From contig JABANN010000117.1 in the NCBI GenBank assembly GCA_013115125.1, positions 49,336-69,335 of the forward strand: 20,000 nucleotides of DNA, read 5' to 3'. Positions 9,280 through 19,870 of this stretch are shown one piece after another (the first letter of the stretch is position 1; every line of letters begins with the position of its first letter). The notes under the pieces were generated by a model that had not been told where the DNA came from, did no database searches, and was given only the letters and a program-made list of their open reading frames with translations. Origin of the DNA: Perkinsus olseni (taxonomy: Eukaryota). The position numbers were made by a program, and so were the translations under genes.

Positions 9280-9390
9280 GTTATCACCCCTAGCCGCACT
9301 AGCCCCAGTTCGGCTCACCCGACAGCTCAGTCGTGTCGCAGGGTCGACGTAGGCGACTTCGTTCGGGGGGGGGCGCATGGCAGCTCGACA

Positions 9391-9460
9391 TGTGAGACAA
9401 AACACATTTTACTCGATTACTGATCCTGAGGTTCAGTGATCGAGCAAATTTTGTCTCACA
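9391..9460. repeat. 70-bp fold-back element (MITE-like or hairpin RNA)
   Basis: Terminal arms TGTGAGACAAAA / TTTTGTCTCACA (12/12). Inner arms CTCGATTACTGATCCT / AGGTTCAGTGATCGAG (14/16). Confidence 0.8.
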
Positions 9461-9990
9461 ACGCGGCATTTATTACTTGGCTGAGCTAACTTGGCTCCTC
9501 GGAAATAAGCCATGTTCAATATGCACTAGACTCTCTTCTCCCGCGCAACCATTTGGACTCTAGACTCAGAAATCTTGGTCAAACCCAGGAAGGACTGAGA
9601 TAGACCGAAAACCCACGTCGGCATGGGCAGCGCGAACACTGTGCAGTATCTTCATGCCTCTTTGGTTTCGTCCACACCTCGGTCCGCGCTCATCTTGAGC
9701 TCTCTGAAAAACTTCATTTCTGTGTGGAATAAAGTTGGTTCTCTTAGGGACCGTCAGGGGGTGGTTTGCACTCAGACACACTGAACGCGAGCCTCTCAAC
9801 AGCGTTGCTACTTGTAAAAAGCGCGAGGCAGATTTGGAGGAGCGACATTCGTGATTGCATGTCAGATGTCCTCTCTTACGTATGAAAGTCTCTGACTGTG
9901 CCCAGAGGGCCGCATGCTTCTCAGAGAAGCGGAAGGTAGGTAAACGATGCTTATAAAATTATCTACCCGAAGCGAATTTAATTCGCCGAA

Positions 9991-11334
9991 TTATTCGCTT
10001 CCTCGGAGACCACGTGATCTCGACGGGAGCAAACTGACGGCATGCTGCACGAGCCTCAGTGCGTTGATAGCTCCGCCTCGAATGTGTTGAGGGAACACAT
10101 CTGGGAGCTCAAGCCCGACAGGGTCTACGTTGGTCAACATGAGTTGCTTCACCATAGTCGGCTCAATACCCATTGATAAGAGAATAGCAGCAAGACCGGC
10201 CACGATTGGTTGAGCAGCCGATGTGCCGCTGAATTTAATCAAATGGCCGTATTCGTCGCGGCCGGTGACGAGCTGCGTACCATAAGCCGCGACGTCGACC
10301 CTGTCACCATAGTTCGACTCGGTATTGAACACAGCTTCGGTCCTGTTGTCCCACATGTAATCAAACAAGTAGGCGACGCAGATACCGCGTGGGCCACCGA
10401 ACCAACAAGGATAAACGTCAGATGCTACTTTAAAGTCATTGCCGGCTGCGGATACGAGTATGATGCCATTCTCCTCCACAGCGTGTAGGGCGTTCCACAA
10501 CAGATGCTGCTCGGCCAGGTCATGCGAACTCAGTTCAAAACCCAAAGATGCTGAGATGATATCGACCTCGAGGTCAATGGCCATGTCAATGGCTTCCAGG
10601 AATCTCGATAGGAGCAAGCTGCCTTGGTCATCTATCACCTGCAGCGGCTGCAATATGGCATTAAGGGCCACTCCAACTACACCAACCGAGTTGTTACCCT
10701 TGGCGGCGAGAATCTTGCACACATTCGTGCCGTGGGCGCACACGTTAGTCAAAATTGACGAGTTGGTGACGAAGTTCCATCCACCGTCTATGAGGCGGCC
10801 ACTCTTAGTCCTTAGTGTTCTTTTCAAGGGGGCGAAATCGGGGTCGTTCCAATCAATACCAGAGTCCAAGAGGGCTACCTTCACCTTCCTGGTTACATGA
10901 GGGAGAGCGAGTTGCCAGACTTCACCCATCTCCATCCACTTCAAATGCTCCTGGTACCTAGCATCGGGATCGTTCACGTGCAGATCGTGGTCGACTTGAC
11001 CAAAGATTTTGCCCTCGACGTCCACAGCACATTCAGATTGCAATGGAAGCTTGTAGCTGCCCATAGTGATGAAGTGGCAGAGAGCATCGCTGTCGATGGT
11101 GAGGCTTGAAGTCTCTACCACTTGCGAATGGACATATTCGAGCGTCGTCATTCTAGCCGTTTCCAAGAATGAGGCAATCTCCCGGTCGGGTACATGACCG
11201 GCGTTCCTCAGCATCTGGGGCAACTGACGAACGTTTACATCAGTGGTGCCGGACTTGATGGATACGATAGTGTTGCTCGGAGGAGCCGTGGCACTGACGA
11301 GGCTGACAAAACAGAGTGCGTATGGGATGCGCAT
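9991..11334 (-). CDS. secreted subtilisin-like serine protease (peptidase S8), intronless, with signal peptide and prodomain
   Basis: Signal peptide MRIPYALCFVSLVSATA from ATG 11334. Catalytic motifs: VALLDSG (Asp), AHGTNV (His), SAAGND (oxyanion Asn), FSGTSAAQPIVAG (Ser). Confidence 0.93.
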   Translation of the reverse strand: MRIPYALCFVSLVSATAPPSNTIVSIKSGTTDVNVRQLPQMLRNAGHVPDREIASFLETARMTTLEYVHSQVVETSSLTIDSDALCHFITMGSYKLPLQSECAVDVEGKIFGQVDHDLHVNDPDARYQEHLKWMEMGEVWQLALPHVTRKVKVALLDSGIDWNDPDFAPLKRTLRTKSGRLIDGGWNFVTNSSILTNVCAHGTNVCKILAAKGNNSVGVVGVALNAILQPLQVIDDQGSLLLSRFLEAIDMAIDLEVDIISASLGFELSSHDLAEQHLLWNALHAVEENGIILVSAAGNDFKVASDVYPCWFGGPRGICVAYLFDYMWDNRTEAVFNTESNYGDRVDVAAYGTQLVTGRDEYGHLIKFSGTSAAQPIVAGLAAILLSMGIEPTMVKQLMLTNVDPVGLELPDVFPQHIRGGAINALRLVQHAVSLLPSRSRGLRGSE

Positions 11335-11567
11335 TGGACAGGCGAAAAATCTGCGAAGTCCTGGGAAATAAGCTGTATACTCCACCGTCAGGGCGACAAC
11401 CTCATATGTGAACTACGGGCAACCGAAAGACTTGTGCTACGTGTGAACAGAGGGAAGGTGCGTTCTGAGATCTGCAGACTGGTACGCTACCCGTGAAGAC
11501 CCGTGGACGCAGCATAATTCCAGAAAAGGGGCGTGTCAGGCGTGACTGAAAACCACTGTGAGGGTAT

Positions 11568-11681
11568 TCTAGCGTGATCTCGGGCCGTTAAAGACCTCGC
11601 TAGACTCTAGCGTGATCTCTAGCGAGGAACTCAATCCCCAGCGGCTAGAGATCGACTTTCTCGCTAGAGATCCGCTAGAGT
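11568..11681. repeat. cluster of TCTAGCG/CGCTAGA motifs forming a ~22-bp imperfect inverted repeat
   Basis: 11604-11626 ACTCTAGCGTGATCTCTAGCGAG matches the reverse complement of 11660-11681 (ACTCTAGCG-GATCTCTAGCGAG) with one indel. Seven CTAG-core motifs occur in ~115 bp. Confidence 0.8.
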
Positions 11682-12750
11682 GTAGCCTGACCTTTAGGGT
11701 TATCATACACGCGGGTTTAAGGCGCAGAATGATACCAGATGAAAAGGCAGCAAACTTGGAAGTAGTAAAGAGCAGTGATGGTAGTTGCAGCGATCCACTT
11801 AGCGCAGTACTTGGTGGTTGCCAGAGTGCACACTTGTCAAACGGCTGGCTATGGTGCATCGTGCAGGGAGACATGCACTTCGCATGTCCCCTCTCGCTGC
11901 TCGCCGTATTCTTTTCGCTCATCCCTGCCAGTAAGGGTGCGAGTGCGTTTAGAGAGTCATGCACACCGCTTATTATTCTTATGGGGACGAGTTCATGGTG
12001 ATGTGTGAGTCGTGGTCGTGGCGATGGTTTCTCCTCGGTGCTCGCAGGCTGTTTGCCGTGAGACTTATTACTGAGGCTCAGTCACCGGGCTCACACTCTT
12101 GTGTGACTCTTTATAAATTGTCGCATACACGAGGAATCTGAAGGGTGTCAAACTACTTCACGCATGTAGTTTAGGTTGTGAAGTGAGTGGTTTTAGCTTG
12201 CGATTGGCAAGTGTGGAATCCTCTCGGGAACGCATGGGTTGTAATGGGCCAGAGGCATCGCAGCCCATTCAGTGGTAAGAGTCTGGGATCTCCGAAATTT
12301 TTGGATATCTCTCAGCCCCCTCTGGTATGGACCATCGGACTCCTTAGTCAATGAGTTTCTCTCCTATCACGGAAGCTAGTCTCGCTGGCGGGCTTCCCCT
12401 CAAACCATCGTGGCCCGCTATTCTTCGCGAGGAGGCAGCTCGCTTCCGGGCTTACTCGACTCCGGGCGAACAAGAGTCGTTATCAAATGAGTATTGATTA
12501 CGGTGATAGATGGTGGAAGGGATACCGCTATCGCAGATAGATGATCGAAGTTTGCAGGGGCGATGTTTGCACGAGTATATCCAAAGTGCCCGCTGATGAA
12601 TGAAGTACAGTACCAGACGCCTAATGAAGTACTAAAGACCGGAAACGATTGTGCAGGGATAACTTTCACAGAAGAGCAAGTTAGGGACTGGAATTTTCTT
12701 GGCGAGTCCTGATACGTATATCCATTGTTTGGGGTGGGCCAGCAACCGTT

Positions 12751-12890
12751 TCACGATGAAAGCGTGAGAGTGAAAAAATTTGCCTGGGATTCGAACCTGC
12801 GACTAATCCGTACGCGACCGGCATTCCCGAGCGTCTGGGGCAACTGTCGAACGTTAACATCGGTGGTGACGGACTCGACGATGGTCGATC
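12751..12890 (-). pseudogene. relic of a paralogous subtilisin prodomain
   Basis: TIVESVTTDVNVRQLPQTLGNAGRV aligns with TIVSIKSGTTDVNVRQLPQMLRNAGHV of the intact subtilisin. At the nucleotide level, ~12817-12876 resembles ~11196-11255. A stop follows soon after, and no catalytic domain is recognisable. Confidence 0.8.
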
Positions 12891-13397
12891 TTCCGGGCCA
12901 ACTTCCGACCCACCTGTGGGTGTACTCATCCAAGAAGTGAATTATCTGCGGTGCCCCGTGAAGGCGCTCTGGTGCATGATCAGCGTCCCTCGACGTTCGA
13001 GGTGCCATTCCACCAGGCCTCCCCGCGGCCAACAGGGAGCTTTTCACCGGCTGAAGAGCCGGTCACCATTGAAACGCAGAGATAGCGAGAACCATAGTGG
13101 CCCGATCATTAAGCTCTGTCTTCAGAACAGTGCATGCGTCTAATGCAACTTTGCGCCTTGATGCTGCCGGTACGAGTAGTAATTTCGCGAGTGTCCGGCT
13201 CCTGTTGAGAGAATCGGATAACGCCCAGGGTGTGAGTGAAGCCCATCATCATCGTCTTGTTCATCGCGGACTGAGTATCAACAAAACATAGGTCGTAAAG
13301 GTGAAGGGACGTTTCCATGTAAAAAAGCAAGTGTCGCAGTAAAGTCTGTCGTGCTGTTAAGGAGCCGCCGTACTCAGCGTGAAGCTAACTATTTAGG

Positions 13398-16266
13398 TCA
13401 TATTGACTCACGAATCTTTCGTTGCCCAACACTATCAAGCTGATTTCGCCCACCAATCCGGTGGTAACCGGCGCGATACTCAATCACTTCTTGGTGTCTT
13501 TCTTCTGTCTCGAGGAAGTTTCCAAGGTGAGTGAAGCCGCCGCCAATGCGAACCTGATGGATGGAAGAGTATCCCGGATATTTCCAAGTAAAGCGAGAAT
13601 AGCTACCATCGGCTTGTCGTTCTTCATCGCGATTACCACCCTCTTCGAACCGTATTTATAAACTCCTTTGCTTATCTTTTCAAACTCGTATCGAGTTTGT
13701 GGACTCTCCGGGCTGGACAAGTACCTCACAGCAGCCAGGCCTATGTACAGCCCAGAATCGTGCCGCGGTACATTCTCAAGCTTTCATCGAGAATATCGGC
13801 AGTCTCCGGGACGGGGCCGGATACTGAGCATGCAGTACTATCTGGAAGAAGGCAATCCGGCCACCCTTAACCTCTGGGGCTCACCTCGTACAACGCGTGC
13901 AGTCTGCGGGAAGCCGACACCGTCAACGCTTTTGGATAACCTAACGGCTACAACTCCCGGCCGTGGGAAGACCTAGGAATATCCCACCCGTAGCAGGGAC
14001 TAGTCCTGCGAGGAGGCCTAGCTGTCTGAGGGCGTGACGGAGATTCATCTTCATCACGTGCGTCCCGGACTAGTCGATGCAGAAGCCTCTCCTGCAGGAG
14101 AGTGCTTGATGCCTCCAATTTGCGCGATCGCTTCATCGTGTCACGAGCAGCAGCCAACCTGAAAAATCCCTCAGATAAGGGAACTGTATGAGTTTGATGC
14201 TCACTTTGAGTGCGTCTCAGCTGGCGCCGGGTATTCGGTAGGTATCCCATCCGGACGAGGGACCATCAGGTTGCTGTCAGCCTTGCGGGGGGCGGGCGCA
14301 AAGTGGAGCTTGGCGGATCCACGACACCGAGCTGTCTTCGCGGGCCGGGCCGTCAAAAAAGGCCGTGAAGACGCAGCACAGGCTAGTCTCTGTTCTAGCC
14401 TGGGTGACCTCTTAATCTTCCCTGCTACATCGCTAGTCGGGAACGTCAACATCACCCCTCCAGATGCACCCTTCACCTCCGCCCCTGGGCAGTCGAGTGC
14501 CGCTGAGTCCACTGTGAATGGCGCTCCCGACGGTCCTGGCAAGCTGCTAGGAGCGTTCCTGTCAATCTTTGGTTTCCGAGGCTCCGACAAAGCTTCTAGC
14601 CGCAACTTCGGCACGATCGGGGAGCTCTGTGTGACACCATCGTCGTCTGCTTCCGTTTCTGTGGCGCGTGTATCTTGCGTCCCTGTCATATCCCCGCAGG
14701 GCGGCCGATGATCTTCGGAAAAGACGGTAGTCGATGAGCACGTCAGAGCCATGTTCGTTTGCGTCATCACAGCCGCTTCTGTCGCTGAAGCACTCAAGCA
14801 AGTAGCGGGCCCCAGCTGCTGGTGAGCAGCCATGCTCGGAGCGGCTTCGAAAGAATCCCTGATTGGTGCTTCCCTGGTGCCCCATGGCGCCACCTCAGCG
14901 GTATGAGCGATACTAGCAGAGAGGTGACCGACAGAGCTACTATGACGTGACAGGACAGGCCGCAATGAGATCGCATTAAGCATCCCGCTGGGACAGAAGC
15001 TCGTCAGCAATGCGGCCGATCCCGATGGACTACCAATTGGAGTAGGTCGATGGCGATACCGCGGCGGCTCGCTACCACTACAGTGTGAGGAAGCGATGGC
15101 CAGGCCTCGGTTGACGATTGTTGAACCCGTCAGATGCATGAGGCTGGAGGATACTTCGCTAGGAGGGGATTTCACTGGCACCCTGGATGCATGCCCTGCC
15201 GTACTCGCTTGCACAAGGTCCTCCGGACCATGACTCTCCCGTTCTCCCGAAGTTAGCTCTGGCGACGACGAATCTTCTGTATTGGACAGAGTGAAAGTGG
15301 CCGCTCCTCTGGATGGTGAAGCTCGGCACTGGTCAGAAGTTGGCGTCTCATGAAGGGCTTCGACCGAATGAGGGCTCGGAGCGACAATCTCTGTGCCCCA
15401 TTTGTTTCCTCTGACACCACCTCGGCCCGGAACCTCTACGGCGGGCGTACAAGGCTCATCCGTCATAGCCCTGTCATCAATTTCTCTCATTGTTCCTCCG
15501 GTGCAAAGTAGTGGACTGTCGCATCGCTCCGCCTCCCTATCCTCCTCGCGAGAAGCCTCAAGCTCGTAGCTCTGAACCTGGCCAGCTAGGGTTGGAGATA
15601 CGCTAATGCCCCCCAACAGCAATTTACCAAAGAGTTGAGGTAGTTGAGAGTCTCCTCCTGTTCTTCCACGAGATGCTCCAATTTTATTCGACGATCGTCC
15701 GACCGACGGAGATTAACTTCATAAGCTTGTTGTAGAGCCTAAGAACACGCGGCCGATGATAGGAATGATTTCAGTGGGGGGCCCAACCTCTAATTTACTC
15801 CTCAGCGCTGCATTATCTCTTTCCAATGCTGCGGCACGACACTCCCGACTTGCAAGCTGTCTTTGCAGCTCAATGAAGGATCGAATATCCTGAAGGGAAC
15901 CATGCTACCCGAACACGCCACGTGAGATGCCAGCCTCGCGCATGGTCCAGATGTGTCGTTGTTGCTTACCTGGACGAGCTCATCGAAGCCACCGAGCTGC
16001 TTGCCAAGCCCGAAGCGATTCTGGAGGGTCAAAACCTAGAGAACAACTAACCGATTGCTTCGCTCGACATCAACTCTGTCCGGTACGACGACAGTGGGTC
16101 TTTACAAATAGAAAGAACGGGTGCCCGCGTGAAACGCCAAGAGCCTTACTCTGTTTTTGAGGTACTCTACCGTGGCTTCCTTCTCCACCATCAGCTTCAT
16201 TAAATGAGCGGTGTTTGGCGCGTCCTCATCGGGAGATCTTTTGCTCCTCGGCGAGCAGCCACCCAT
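13398..16266 (-). CDS. multi-exon protein: N-terminal MGGCS acylation-like motif, coiled coil, long S/P/T/A-rich disordered exon, C-terminal GAS2/GAR microtubule-binding domain
   Basis: Spliced N-terminus MGGCSPRSKRS...YLKNR|VLTLQNRF...ELVQ|DIRSFIELQRQL...LERDNAALRSKLE|ALQQAYE...YLNSL|VQSYELE..., then a ~1.37-kb exon. C-terminus DILDESLRM|YLSSPES...FEKISKGVYKYGSKRVVIAMKNDKPM|VRIGGGFTHLGNFLE matches the GAR pattern (..G.Y..G....MVRVGGGW..L..YL). The last exon and stop are uncertain: a donor near 13411 could extend the gene to ~13109. Confidence 0.7.
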
Positions 16267-16557
16267 TGGACGGAAGAGATGCTTGCTTGGAACGCAAATT
16301 TTCACTCGTCCCGGGAAGACTTTCGACAGGTCAGAGGCTGTTAAGCATCCGATTTGCCCCGTTCCTGCCGACAGAAGGGCGTTTCCCGAGGCTATATAGT
16401 GAGCCCTGCCTCTGGAATTAACTACGCAACCGCATTAGTTTTGGAAGCACGCCTAGGATGTACAGCGAGTGGGTGCTGCACTCCGTCTGCAGCAGCAGCA
16501 ACCGCGTAGTAATTACAGGAACCTCCTCGGCAGGAGCACGCCGTGTCACCCTCGAAC

Positions 16558-19063
16558 TCAGGACTGCGCCTTGGCTTGGTCGGCCGCCTCGAGCTCCTCG
16601 GCGTACGCGATTGTCGCCACGCCATTCCTGAGGTGAGAATAGCAAAACAGAGACAGCAGCAGCAACGAGGACTCACTCGACTTCAACGATGCCGTGCTGC
16701 TGGACAACCTTCTTCATAGCGTCTCTTGGGAATATCGAAGTATGGCCATCCGACCAGTTGATACGCAGGGCGTATGTACCTGCACAACGTCGATTGCACT
16801 TGCTCGTGAGCCACCAACGGTGGCGATCGCTATTATTACCAGCCTTCGCAATGTTGGTAGCAACTACATCCTGAGGGATGTCCTCATCCTTGAACAGCTT
16901 CTCCCCGGTCCACTCATCGTACATACTAGCACTCCTGCAAGCTAGCCTGAGGGCTCTCGCCGGGACTTGCCCTTGCCAAGCAACCTGATCATCTGTCATC
17001 TGGGGCGCTCGGGGTAAAGGCTCTCACTCACCTTGTGGTCGCCGTACTGCTCTTGCAAGTGGATGATGGGCTTGCCAGCTCCCATGAAGGCGATATGGGT
17101 AGCGCCGTGTTGTACCTAAACGACGACACTCCAGCATTAGGTATCTAGCGATTCCCATGCTACTACCTTGGAGACGCCCCTGATGACGTCCTCAGCTAGA
17201 TTCTCGAAAGCCTTGGAAGCCTCAGAGCCGTCATACGCCTCGTTGCACACGAAAGGGAAAGCAGCTCCTTCTGAGAAGCGAGAACGATGAGCTCGCCCCG
17301 GTCGTGAGCCCACCTGGCCGTACTTGCATCCTCAACAGTACCGGCCATATCAGGATCGATCGGCAGCTCGACATGGCTCTGTATGCCGTACTTGGCGGCC
17401 AGCTTCTTGCTCTCAGCAGCTCTACCAAACACTTGATGCTTATCAGAACAAGATGGACACTTAAAGTAGGCCATGTTCTCGACCACTGCAATGGACGGTA
17501 TATTTCTGAGACAGATCGATCAGCGCAGCGCGGAATCCGACTTCGTACAGCTTGTCAAACAACTCAATGCCTTTCTCGACATCCACTAGACTGAGCTGCT
17601 GGGGCGTCGTCACAACCACTGCCGCGTCGACCTTGGCTTGCTGGCCGATGGTCAGTTGGATGTCGCCAGTTCCCGGAGGATAATCGATGATCTGCTCAGG
17701 AACGCATTTCCAGAGCCATCACGGTCACGGCGCATGAGAGCCTACTAGGTAGTCGAGATTGCCCCAGTCAGTCATAGTGAGCATTTGCTGGACCATGCCG
17801 CTGACCATGGGGCCTCTGAGGGCTACGCTCTCGCCAGGTCGGAGGTAACCCATCGACATCAGCTTCACTCCGTTGTGGTAGTATGGTTGCTGAGAGAACG
17901 ATGATATTCATCTCACGTTATTCGGATGAGTTACGAAGCCCGGCACTTAGCTCAAAACCAAAGCCTTCTATTACCAGGACTCCTGGTTTAGCCTTCCCGG
18001 CTCCCTCCAGCTCCCCTTCTACTGCATCGGGAGGGGCCCTCTCGGTTGAGGGGATGAGGTAAGGCAAGGAAGGACCGAAAATATCGGCATCTAGTATACC
18101 GACCTTCACGCCGTGCTTGGCGATTGAGTATCTGATCAGACGAGAGTATGCAGTTGAACTAGTTCAAGCGGTAGGAGCGATATGGCCAGAGCCACTATTG
18201 GCATGGAGCATCCTGCCCAGCCACCTACGCCAGATTCACAGCCACACTGCTCTTGCCGACTCCTCCTTTGCATGAGGTCACCGCTATAATGTTGTGTACT
18301 TTTGATAAATTCTCGGACTTGACCTCCGGGGCCGCACCGGCTCGGGACTTGGCCGACAGCGTAACCTAAATCATGAGCAGCCAAGGTATTGCGTATTTTT
18401 GTTCAGCCTGTCCGTCAGAATGACGGATTCAACAGCGTCCGCTTTACTAAAAAGGGGTTACAGCCGCCTCTGTATCGAACGTCGGCTTAGTGATTCACCC
18501 AGGGTCAATATCAGGAGGGTATTTCGCGGTTTACCTTGACATCCGTGACCCATGGCAGGGCTTTGCAGGCCCTCGAGCAGGCATCTACGAACTGATCTCG
18601 GACGGGACAAGCTGGTGTGGTCAATTTTAGATCAAACACCACCACGCCGTCATCGCTTATGCTAAGATTTTGAACCTGCATCAGTCGAGTCCCCACCGTT
18701 CACCGACTCGAGTGCTCATTACGAATCCTAGGGAAACAATATCCTTGTGGAGGTCAGGGTCGATGATGAGAGACAACTGCTTCAGTCTGAGGGAAGATGA
18801 CGTAGAGTCGACGAGTCCGCTACGCGTACCACACCGACGGATAAACGACTAAGAAACCGATATTACATCTCATCCTTCCGCTGACCACCAGTAGCGGCTT
18901 CGCTTGCGAACCCGCGTCTGGTGAACCGGTTTATAGGAGCTGGCCGTCTGAACATGGTCGGTGGGACAGCACTTCGTAAAGCCACTGGTCTGGCCATGAC
19001 AGCAGCACTGGTGAACGCTCGGCAGGCCAATAACCGAGTGGCAGAGGGAAGACGACTGAGCAT
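16558..19063 (-). CDS. HCF101: HCF101-like Fe-S cluster scaffold (DUF59/MIP18 + Mrp/NBP35 ATPase + DUF971) with mitochondrial-type presequence
   Basis: Presequence MLSRLPSATRLLACRAFTS...RRGFASE (Arg-rich, no acidic residues before the RRGF/AS site). DUF59: LKQLSLIIDPDLHKDIVSLGFVQNL...LKLTTPACPV. ATPase: SCKGGVGKSS, LDADIFGPSLP, KLMSMGY, LRGPMV, DWGNLDYLIIDYPPGTGD, VTTPQ, VENMAYFKCPSC. DUF971: LRLACRSASMYDEWTGEKL...YALRINWSDGHTSIF. A final 49-nt intron 16676-16628 gives the C-terminus ...ENGVATIAYAEELEAADQAKAQS*; without it the stop is at 16673. Confidence 0.9.
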
Positions 19064-19507
19064 GGTGAAGAGAAACCTACAACTAACGGCAGGATAGGTT
19101 GCGTCGACGGCGTAGGCCACCGTAAGCCGACCGCGGACCGTGGAAGGCAAGTGACAAGGCTTTCAGAACAATCGGTATCGGGTACAAGAGCGAAGATTCT
19201 CAGGGAAACCCATAGACGCTGAGGTTGGGAGAGGCATACGCGAAACCAGAACCCGCGAGAGGGGACACCAGGTGTCCGACACCTCCTCGAGACCGGATTC
19301 GCGAATGCAGACCCGGGAGTAGCTAGGGTAAGGAGATTACGTCAAGACCATCAAACTCCAAAACCCGAGCCACTCCGGGTCCCCCAACGTCAAGGGAAAG
19401 GGAGGGATGGGAAAGAGCTATAACACTTCTTTGCACATCCACCAACACCTCCATATATTACTCCACGACTAGCTCACTAGCCAGTCATCGGGTGCCACAG
19501 CGGAGCA

Positions 19508-19870
19508 CCAGGTTTCGCCAACTCACCAACTTCGGCGATTCCTTGTTTCTACAAAATTTAAACAACTTGGCGATTTACGTGATACGGCCGCGGTTCTACG
19601 GGATTTCGCCAAGTTGGTCGGCTCGCCGTACAGAGTTCAGCGCATCCGCTGAAATCTGCACGGAATCGGCCGCCAAGTCCGCTCGCCGAAGTGATCTATT
19701 CTGCGCCTGGGTCCAGGTTTCGCCAACCTTGGGTCGCTGGAACCTGCGCTAGGCCGTGGAATCGCCAAGAATTTGGTAAAACTCGCAGGTTTGGCCAAGA
19801 CTACGACGTGTTTTGCCTGATCTTTGGCGTAACACCATTGAAATGCAGATTACAGCGAGAGTTGGCGATA
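19508..19870. repeat. cluster of TCGCCAA/TTGGCG motifs in both orientations with a 15-bp exact direct repeat
   Basis: CCAGGTTTCGCCAAC at 19508-19522 and 19713-19727. Further CGCCAA/TTGGCG copies near 19567, 19606, 19671, 19762, 19824 and 19863. Confidence 0.65.

Noticed and set aside
10439-10900. 153-aa + strand ORF, and similar antisense ORFs over GH35 and at 14271-14711
   Set aside because: Antisense shadows of real coding regions, with no motifs of their own.
11569-12001. Overlapping ~130-aa ORFs on both strands
   Set aside because: Non-ATG starts, partly built from the CTAG repeat cluster, and no recognisable domain.
12150-12270. Several 7-bp inverted repeats
   Set aside because: Short enough to arise by chance.
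12418-12700. Further subtilisin relic or small gene
   Set aside because: Only a faint KLSLH/KLPLQ resemblance among stop codons; not supportable by eye.
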